Below are positions 7,290-14,016 of a DNA stretch of 22,200 nucleotides, in pieces. Where the stretch lies: positions 1 to 22,200 of the forward strand of contig CAZHRF010000046.1 in assembly GCA_964534625.1 (NCBI GenBank), in the 5' to 3' direction. The first letter of the stretch is position 1. Each line of letters starts with the position of its first letter. The position numbers and the translations under genes were made by a program. The notes beneath the pieces are model-generated. The model was given only the letters and a program-made list of their open reading frames with translations, searched no databases and had not been told where the DNA came from. This stretch comes from an uncultured archaeon (GTDB lineage: Archaea; Asgardarchaeota; Heimdallarchaeia; Heimdallarchaeales; Heimdallarchaeaceae).

Positions 7290-9580
7290 AAGAAGATTTC
7301 AATGATTTATTACCTCCACATACTCGTGGAGAATCAGTTTTTGTTGATGACATCAATGAACCTAAAAATGTATTACATGCTGTAGTATTTACTTCAGATA
7401 TAGCTCATGGAAAAATAACTAAATTAGATATTACTAACGCAACTAAGAGTAAAGGAGTAGTTAAAGTTCTAACTGCTACTGATATACCCGGTATTAACCA
7501 AATTGGCGGGATTATCCAAGATGAAGAATTACTTGCTGAAGAAACAGTTGATTTCATAGGTCAACCTATTGCTGTCATTTTAGCAGAAACAAAAGAAAAT
7601 GGAAAAAAGGCTGTAGAAAAAATTCAAGTTGAGTATAAAGAATTAAAACCTGTTTTTGATCCACGAGAGGCAGTTAGGAAAGGTTTACTTATTGCCCCCT
7701 CGAGAACGTTTACTTTAGGTGATGTAGATGCTACTTGGTCAAAATGTGAGCATATAATAGAAGGGAGAGTTGATTCAGGTGGGCAAGAACATCTTTATCT
7801 TGAAACACAAAGTGCAATAGCCTATCCCGGAGAAGAGAAAAGGATAACTATCTATTCTGCCACGCAATCTCCTACTTATGTTCAAAGACATAGTGCAAAT
7901 GTGCTTGGTTGTGAAATGAATTTAATTGAAGTTGATGTAAAGCGTTTGGGTGGAGCATTTGGTGGAAAAGAAGACCAAGCTACTGCATGGGCGGTTATTT
8001 GTGCTCTTGGAACGTATCATACAAACAGACCCGTTAAAATTAATTTAGATCGTCATGAAGATATGCAAGTGACTGGTAAACGTCATCCATATTCTACTGA
8101 TTACAAATTGGGATTAGATAAAGAAGGAAAGATTTTAGCCTTTGAAGCTGAATATTACCAAGATGCGGGTGCAGCTGCTGATTTATCAACAGCTATCTTA
8201 GAAAGAACACTCTTTCACGTTACTAATGCGTACTATATCCCTAATGTCCGAGCTACGGGATATTCTGCTAAAACTAATATTACTCCAAACACTGCTTTCA
8301 GGGGATTTGGCGGCCCACAAGCAATGTTTGTAATAGAATGTGCATTATCAAAAGCAGCTGATCAAGTGGGAATACCTAAAGAAGTATTGCAAGAAAAAAA
8401 TCTTTTGGTAGAAGGTGATCAATTCCCATATGGAATGCATGTGAAAAAAAGTAATGCTAGACGAAGTTTTAAAGAAGCACTAGAGTATGCGCAGTTTGAA
8501 GAATTAAAGAAAAAAATTGACAAGTACAATTCTACTCATCGTTTCATGAAAAAAGGATTTTCAATTATGCCTATTTGTTTTGGAATCTCTTTCACTTCAA
8601 CATTTTTAAATCAAGCAGGAGCACTTGTACATGTTTATACTGATGGGAGCGTGAGTGTAAGTACAGCAGCAGTTGAAATGGGGCAAGGCGTTAATATGAA
8701 ACTTAAATCAGTTGCATCTCATTTTCTATCAATCAATGTTGATCGCATACGTATAGAAAGTACAAACACTACCCGAATAGCAAACACTTCACCAACCGCT
8801 GCTTCTTCAGGAGCTGATTTAAATGGTAAAGCTGTAGAAATAGCTTGTTCTAGCCTTATTGAAAGGTTAAAAAATGTTGCTGCAGAAAAATTAGGCTTGG
8901 ATAATGTTGAGTTTATTAATGAGGTAGTCTGTAAGTCAAATGGAGAAGAAACTGAGCTGAAATGGGAACAACTGATTGATATAGCATATAAACAAAGAGT
9001 AAATCTTTCTTCTCACGCTTTTTATGCCACACCTAAAATTCATTTCTCAAGAGAAGAAGAAAAAGGTGAACCTTTTGCCTATCATGTTTTTGGAACAGCT
9101 ATAACTGAAGTAATAGTAGACTGTCTCAGAGGTCGATATTTCATTGATAGAGTGCACATTGTTCATGATGCGGGAAAAAGTATCAATGAGTTAATAGACA
9201 GAGGACAAGTGGAAGGAGGATTAGTTCAAGGAATAGGCTGGATGACGTTGGAAGAACTCATGTGGAACGAGAAAGGTAAACTTTGTTCTAATAATCTTGC
9301 TACTTACAAAGTACCTGATTTGCATTTTAGTGCGTTTGATATGAACATTAAGTTTCTAGAAGATGCAGAAAATCCTCATGCGGTAATGAAAAGCAAAGCA
9401 ATAGGTGAACCACCATTTATGTATGGTATAGGAACATATTTTGCTTTGAAAGATGCAGCACGATCTTTTAATGATAAGAAAGAATGGAAATACACTTCAC
9501 CGTTGACACCAGAAAGACTATTACTTTATCTATATGAATTAGATGAAATAAATAATGAAGAGATAGGGTATTGTAATTAG
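7286..9580 (+). CDS. xdhB: Xanthine dehydrogenase molybdopterin-binding subunit
   Basis: GGQEHLYLE, RLGGAFGGKE, ERTLFH, AFRGFGGPQ, EMGQG, TSPTAASSG, DRGQVEGG and KAIGEPP. ATGA overlap with xdhA. Confidence 0.93.
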   Translation: MKEDFNDLLPPHTRGESVFVDDINEPKNVLHAVVFTSDIAHGKITKLDITNATKSKGVVKVLTATDIPGINQIGGIIQDEELLAEETVDFIGQPIAVILAETKENGKKAVEKIQVEYKELKPVFDPREAVRKGLLIAPSRTFTLGDVDATWSKCEHIIEGRVDSGGQEHLYLETQSAIAYPGEEKRITIYSATQSPTYVQRHSANVLGCEMNLIEVDVKRLGGAFGGKEDQATAWAVICALGTYHTNRPVKINLDRHEDMQVTGKRHPYSTDYKLGLDKEGKILAFEAEYYQDAGAAADLSTAILERTLFHVTNAYYIPNVRATGYSAKTNITPNTAFRGFGGPQAMFVIECALSKAADQVGIPKEVLQEKNLLVEGDQFPYGMHVKKSNARRSFKEALEYAQFEELKKKIDKYNSTHRFMKKGFSIMPICFGISFTSTFLNQAGALVHVYTDGSVSVSTAAVEMGQGVNMKLKSVASHFLSINVDRIRIESTNTTRIANTSPTAASSGADLNGKAVEIACSSLIERLKNVAAEKLGLDNVEFINEVVCKSNGEETELKWEQLIDIAYKQRVNLSSHAFYATPKIHFSREEEKGEPFAYHVFGTAITEVIVDCLRGRYFIDRVHIVHDAGKSINELIDRGQVEGGLVQGIGWMTLEELMWNEKGKLCSNNLATYKVPDLHFSAFDMNIKFLEDAENPHAVMKSKAIGEPPFMYGIGTYFALKDAARSFNDKKEWKYTSPLTPERLLLYLYELDEINNEEIGYCN

Positions 9581-9595
9581 TAGAGAAAGATAAAC

Positions 9596-10594
9596 ATGAA
9601 TAAAATAAGATTTTGGAAAAAAATACTTGGGATATTAGACCAAGACGAAACAGTAGTATTAGTTGTAATAATTGACCAAATTGGGTCAGCTCCTAATTCA
9701 CCTGGGGCAAAAATGTATGTGGCTCAACAAGAGTCCCATGGAACCGTAGGTGGAGGAATTTCTGAACATGATCTAATAGAAAAAGCTAAAGAAATGATTA
9801 GACTAGGCTCTGTTTCAGTAGAAAAAATCTACATGAAGCATGAAGAAGGGAAAAGTGAGGGTCATTCTGGGATGATATGCTCTGGTTCACAGACTTTTGC
9901 ATTAATACCATTATCGCAACACGATCTTACCACGGTAGAAAAAGTACTTATTTCTTATCAATCAAAAAAACCAGGAAAACTGTCTATAAATAAAGAAGGG
10001 ATACATTTCATTTTCAATAATTCATTAAAAACTATGCATAGAGATTACAAAGAAGGAGAAGGGTGGGTTTATGAAGAAACTACAGGGATTGAAAATAATC
10101 TTTTCATAATAGGAGGTGGACATGTATCATTATCATTATCTAAAGTAGTTAGTAATTTAGGTTTCCATATTACTGTTATTGATGACAGAAAAGATCTCTC
10201 AACCATGGTAAACAACACATACGCCCATGAAAAACGAATTATAGATGATTACGATATTATTGAGCAACTAATTCCGGAAGGAGAAAATATCTATGTATGT
10301 ATAATGACTTTTGGGCATCAACAAGATGAAACAGTATTGGAGAACCTAATCTATAAAAAAGTTAGATACATAGGAATGATGGCATCTAAGGCAAAGAAAA
10401 AGCAGATTTTTTCTAATCTAATCCAGAGAGGTATACCCGTTAAATTGTTAGATGCAGTTTACTCCCCTATAGGCGTAAGTATCAAAAGCATTACTCCAGA
10501 CGAGATAGCAATCAGTATTGCTGCTGAATTAATAAAAGTTAAAAACAATAGCTCAACTCATGCCCAAGCAATAATCAACCTACATGAAAAGTAA
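9596..10594 (+). CDS. xdhC: XdhC/CoxI-family Moco insertion accessory protein
   Basis: GSAPNSPGAKM, GTVGGG, MICSG, Rossmann IIGGGHV, IDDR, YIGMM, SPIG and TPDEIAISIAAE. Directly follows xdhB. Confidence 0.9.
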   Translation: MNKIRFWKKILGILDQDETVVLVVIIDQIGSAPNSPGAKMYVAQQESHGTVGGGISEHDLIEKAKEMIRLGSVSVEKIYMKHEEGKSEGHSGMICSGSQTFALIPLSQHDLTTVEKVLISYQSKKPGKLSINKEGIHFIFNNSLKTMHRDYKEGEGWVYEETTGIENNLFIIGGGHVSLSLSKVVSNLGFHITVIDDRKDLSTMVNNTYAHEKRIIDDYDIIEQLIPEGENIYVCIMTFGHQQDETVLENLIYKKVRYIGMMASKAKKKQIFSNLIQRGIPVKLLDAVYSPIGVSIKSITPDEIAISIAAELIKVKNNSSTHAQAIINLHEK

Positions 10595-10611
10595 GCTCAA
10601 ATTGTTATAAC

Positions 10612-10642
10612 CTTTATTTTCTTTTTTGTGCTTTCTTGTTTT
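10612..10642 (+). terminator. Possible archaeal oligo-T terminator after xdhC
   Basis: T-rich tract (CTTTATTTTCTTTTTTGTGCTTTCTTGTTTT) about 20 nt after the stop codon, with no obvious hairpin. Confidence 0.35.
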
Positions 10643-10707
10643 AGAGTAAAGTTTATCAAGAGCTTTTATGAAAATTAACCATCATTTATTTGTTTGGTGA
10701 TGAACAT

Positions 10708-12216
10708 ATGAAGGTTAAAGAATATTATAAACAATTAATGGAAAAATTCAAAGAATTAAGGCTGTTAGACACTATTTCGATGCTTGTTGGGTGGGATTAT
10801 GAAGTCAACCTCCCGCCAAAGAGTGTTGAACAAAGAAGCGAACAAATGTCTTATATTAGCGAATTGAACCACAGAAAATTTACCGATCCCGACAATGGAC
10901 AGTTGATTAAGCAAATCATGGAACATCCTGATTATGAAAAATTGTCTGAAAGAGAACAGAGGAATGTTTACCTTTTCAAGAGGGAATATGATAGGGCAAT
11001 AAAATTACCTGTTGAATTTGTTAAACAACGAGCTGTTGCACGGGTTAAATCCATCGAGATATGGAAAAAAGCCAAAAAAGCGAATAATTTTAAACTGTTT
11101 CTCCCCGCTCTCAAAAAAATGTTTGAGTTTGCCAAGAAACATGCAGAATATTTGGATCCAGATGCACCAGTATATGATACGCTCTTAGATCTTTATGAAC
11201 CTGGAATGACAGTAAAGCAATATAATCGTATTTTTATCCCGCTAAAAGAAGCTACAGTAGAGATATTTGATAAGATTATTAATGCTGAAAAACAACCAGA
11301 CACCTCAATTTTATCAAGAATTGTTCCTAAAAAAATTCAAGAGAAAGTCGCTCAAGATGTTATGCCAGTTATTGGATACGACTTACAAAGAGGGAGATTG
11401 GATACTGCTGTTCATCCTTTCACAACTGGTTTTTATGATGATGTACGTATTACTACGCGTTACATGGAAGATTTTTGGCCCGGATGTTTCTTTGCTGTTT
11501 TACACGAAGCAGGTCATGCTATTTATGAGCAAAAACAAAATCCTCAATGGAAATACGAACCTGTAGGTGGATATTGTTCTATGGGTATGCATGAATCTCA
11601 GTCTAGATTCCACGAAAATACAATAGGTAGGAGTAAAGAGTTCTGGCAGTTCTATTATGATAAATTTAAAGAATTGACTGATAAAAAATTTGATGATGTG
11701 GGATTTGATGACTTTGTTTTAGCCATTAACAAAGTAGAACCTTCTCTTATTAGAGTAGAAGCTGATGAAGTTACATACAATTTACATATTATCTTACGCT
11801 TTGAACTCGAACGTGATCTCTTTGAAGGTAAAATTAAAGTTGAAGACTTAGCTGATACATGGAAAGAAAAGATGCACGATTTACTAGGTATTGAAGTCCC
11901 TAATGATACATTAGGTGTTTTACAAGACACTCATTGGGCTGGTGGGATGTTTGGCTATTTTCCAACTTATGCTTTAGGCAATGTCTATGCTGCCCAACTT
12001 ATGCACAAAATGGCTGAAGATATTCCTAAATGGCGTGATAAATTATCTAAAGGTAAACTCGATGATATTGCTACTTGGTTACAAAAAAATGTTCATAAAA
12101 AAGGAGACTTGTATGATGCTCCTGTGCTAATAAAAAAGATTACTGGACAAGAACCTAGTCATATCTATCTCGTAGAGTATTTTAAAGAAAAATATTATTC
12201 ATTATATGAACTATAA
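10708..12216 (+). CDS. M32 metallocarboxypeptidase (carboxypeptidase Taq/Pfu family)
   Basis: HPFTTG, DVRITTRY, HEAGH (HEXXH), HESQSR, IRVEADE, QDTHW and GYFPTYALG. ATG 10708 is preferred because GGTGA lies at 10696-10700; AAAGTTTATCAA TATA-like element at 10648-10659. Confidence 0.93.
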   Translation: MKVKEYYKQLMEKFKELRLLDTISMLVGWDYEVNLPPKSVEQRSEQMSYISELNHRKFTDPDNGQLIKQIMEHPDYEKLSEREQRNVYLFKREYDRAIKLPVEFVKQRAVARVKSIEIWKKAKKANNFKLFLPALKKMFEFAKKHAEYLDPDAPVYDTLLDLYEPGMTVKQYNRIFIPLKEATVEIFDKIINAEKQPDTSILSRIVPKKIQEKVAQDVMPVIGYDLQRGRLDTAVHPFTTGFYDDVRITTRYMEDFWPGCFFAVLHEAGHAIYEQKQNPQWKYEPVGGYCSMGMHESQSRFHENTIGRSKEFWQFYYDKFKELTDKKFDDVGFDDFVLAINKVEPSLIRVEADEVTYNLHIILRFELERDLFEGKIKVEDLADTWKEKMHDLLGIEVPNDTLGVLQDTHWAGGMFGYFPTYALGNVYAAQLMHKMAEDIPKWRDKLSKGKLDDIATWLQKNVHKKGDLYDAPVLIKKITGQEPSHIYLVEYFKEKYYSLYEL

Positions 12217-12247
12217 TTTTCTTTGTCCTACTCGTTTATCCTTTTTG

Positions 12248-12880
12248 TTATCTCCTTCTTCTCTTTTTTTTCTTATCCTTTTCGAGTTCTTTCTTTGATA
12301 TAAGAAATCCAACGATCGTTAGGATTAGTGAATAAATAGCATAAATTGGTATATTGCTATCATAGTTAGCCCCAAAAATGTTTGTAAAACTAAAGAAGGC
12401 TACAACACTTAATATACACGAACCCAAAAGGATTACGTCTGCTATAAGCGAGGTTATTCCACCTGATACGATACATAATACTAAATATAGAATAATTAGA
12501 AAAGGCGTTACCAAAGTGATTGTCCCACTAGTAGAAATATCTGTTGCCTTACTTAATCCAATTTCTATACCCATCCACACCCACATACTTACAAAAGAGT
12601 GTGGGTCATCAGTTTCGGTATCCATTATCCACATAATAGCATAATATTCGGGATGATAAATGTTAAGCGGGTTTTCTGAAAAAGTTTCTTCGATATATTC
12701 ATTTCTTCCTGTTGCGCTAAACCATTTGAAACTACTTGGTTTAAGATGCATTCCATCATCATCAAAGGCGGCTACACCAATTGGTGTCATGGCGTAGGAA
12801 GTTTCTATAGAATTTAACGTACTTAATCCTAATGGCATTATAAAAAGCAAAATTCCTAATACTACTTTAAGCATTTTCAT
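12248..12880 (-). CDS. Hypothetical membrane protein (N-terminal hydrophobic/signal segment, about 3 C-terminal TM helices, polybasic tail)
   Basis: 210-aa ORF; hydrophobic N-terminus and C-terminal segments; ends KKKKRRRR; TTTATATA box 24 nt upstream of the ATG on the - strand. Confidence 0.75.
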   Translation of the reverse strand: MKMLKVVLGILLFIMPLGLSTLNSIETSYAMTPIGVAAFDDDGMHLKPSSFKWFSATGRNEYIEETFSENPLNIYHPEYYAIMWIMDTETDDPHSFVSMWVWMGIEIGLSKATDISTSGTITLVTPFLIILYLVLCIVSGGITSLIADVILLGSCILSVVAFFSFTNIFGANYDSNIPIYAIYSLILTIVGFLISKKELEKDKKKKRRRR

Positions 12881-12903
12881 GGTATAAAGATTGTTTATTC
12901 TTC

Positions 12904-12911
12904 TATATAAA
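12904..12911 (-). promoter_or_regulatory. Putative TATA box (leaderless transcript of the 12880 gene)
   Basis: TTTATATA on the - strand ending 24 nt upstream of the ATG at 12880. Confidence 0.5.
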
Positions 12912-13048
12912 TATAGTGTGTAACAAAGATAGTTAATTACTTCCGAATTAAGGGAAAAATTAAGGTTCTATCTGGTTAGAAATTTTTAAAACCTATTTCA
13001 TACTGGAAATTATGCCATTAGATCACTATTTAAGAAGTATTATAGTCT

Positions 13049-13080
13049 AAAAAACTTTAAGAACAAGTATTGAGAATACT
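13049..13080 (+). promoter_or_regulatory. Putative BRE/TATA plus inverted repeat upstream of the 7TM gene
   Basis: AAAAAAC-TTTAAG about 25 nt before ATG 13086; AGTATT-gag-AATACT at 13066-13080. Confidence 0.4.
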
Positions 13081-13085
13081 AGTGT

Positions 13086-13850
13086 ATGGTACCACCTGGA
13101 TTTCTATCGCTTATCTTATTCATCTTAGAATTCATTATGCTGGTGATAATGTTTAAAAAAACCAGTAAGCATCCATATTTTTTAACCCTAGCCTCGATTA
13201 TGTTACTTCTGCAAGTATATCAATTATGTGAATTTCTACTCTGTATAGGAATCAACCAAGATCTGATTGGAAGAGTAGCACTCGTTACAATCACTCTATT
13301 ACCACCAACAGGTTATTTTCTTGCGTGTAAGTTGGTATCATGGGAATTCAAAGATTACTATTTAGGTTTTGTTGGAGCATTATTCTTTTCCATTTATTAT
13401 GCAGTTATAACTCCTGCTTGTATACTAGTTGATTGTAATCCGCTATATGCGGTGTATAATTATCCCTTAAGAAATGAATATGGCTATTATTATATAGCCT
13501 ACTGCTTATTAGCTGTGATTCAATTGACTATTCATTTATTAATTAGAAAAGAAAGAATTGAGAAGAAACTCAGTTTCTTGCTTTTAATCGGTTATCTTGC
13601 TTTTCTTACACCTATGGGTATAATGGTCCTCATCGACACTACATATATAGCTGCCATGACTTCAATCATGTGTAAATATGCTTTTGTTCTAGCTGTAACT
13701 TTATTTGGCTTCTCATTTACTGAACCTGTATTATTTGATGGTGAGCAAACCAATACAGAAATAATTGTGGATAGAATTAAGAAAATAACTGATTCAATTG
13801 GGAAGAAAGTAGCAGAACTGCCTAAAATGGCAGAGTTATTTAAGAAATAA
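13086..13850 (+). CDS. Hypothetical 7-transmembrane protein
   Basis: About seven hydrophobic segments; polar intramembrane residues (LEF, QVYQLCEF, SIMCK); Cys-containing loop (PACILVDCNP) between TM4 and TM5; soluble C-terminal tail. Confidence 0.75.
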   Translation: MVPPGFLSLILFILEFIMLVIMFKKTSKHPYFLTLASIMLLLQVYQLCEFLLCIGINQDLIGRVALVTITLLPPTGYFLACKLVSWEFKDYYLGFVGALFFSIYYAVITPACILVDCNPLYAVYNYPLRNEYGYYYIAYCLLAVIQLTIHLLIRKERIEKKLSFLLLIGYLAFLTPMGIMVLIDTTYIAAMTSIMCKYAFVLAVTLFGFSFTEPVLFDGEQTNTEIIVDRIKKITDSIGKKVAELPKMAELFKK

Positions 13851-14016
13851 CCTACTTAACCATTTCTTTATAATAACTGCAAAAAAACCTTCTGTGGATA
13901 CTTTAATATTAACTTCAATGAAAACATGAACTATCATTGGGTGAAAAAAAATGTTTTTTAACTGAAAGATCTGGGTTTCAAGAAGATTCTCAGCAAAAGA
14001 TGAAAAAATGAAAAGA

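Noticed and set aside
10708-12216. M32 carboxypeptidase as the missing YgeY-type carbamoylase of the purine cluster
   Set aside because: It has fully canonical M32 motifs (YgeY is M20 family) and is separated by a T-rich tract and its own TATA-like box and RBS.
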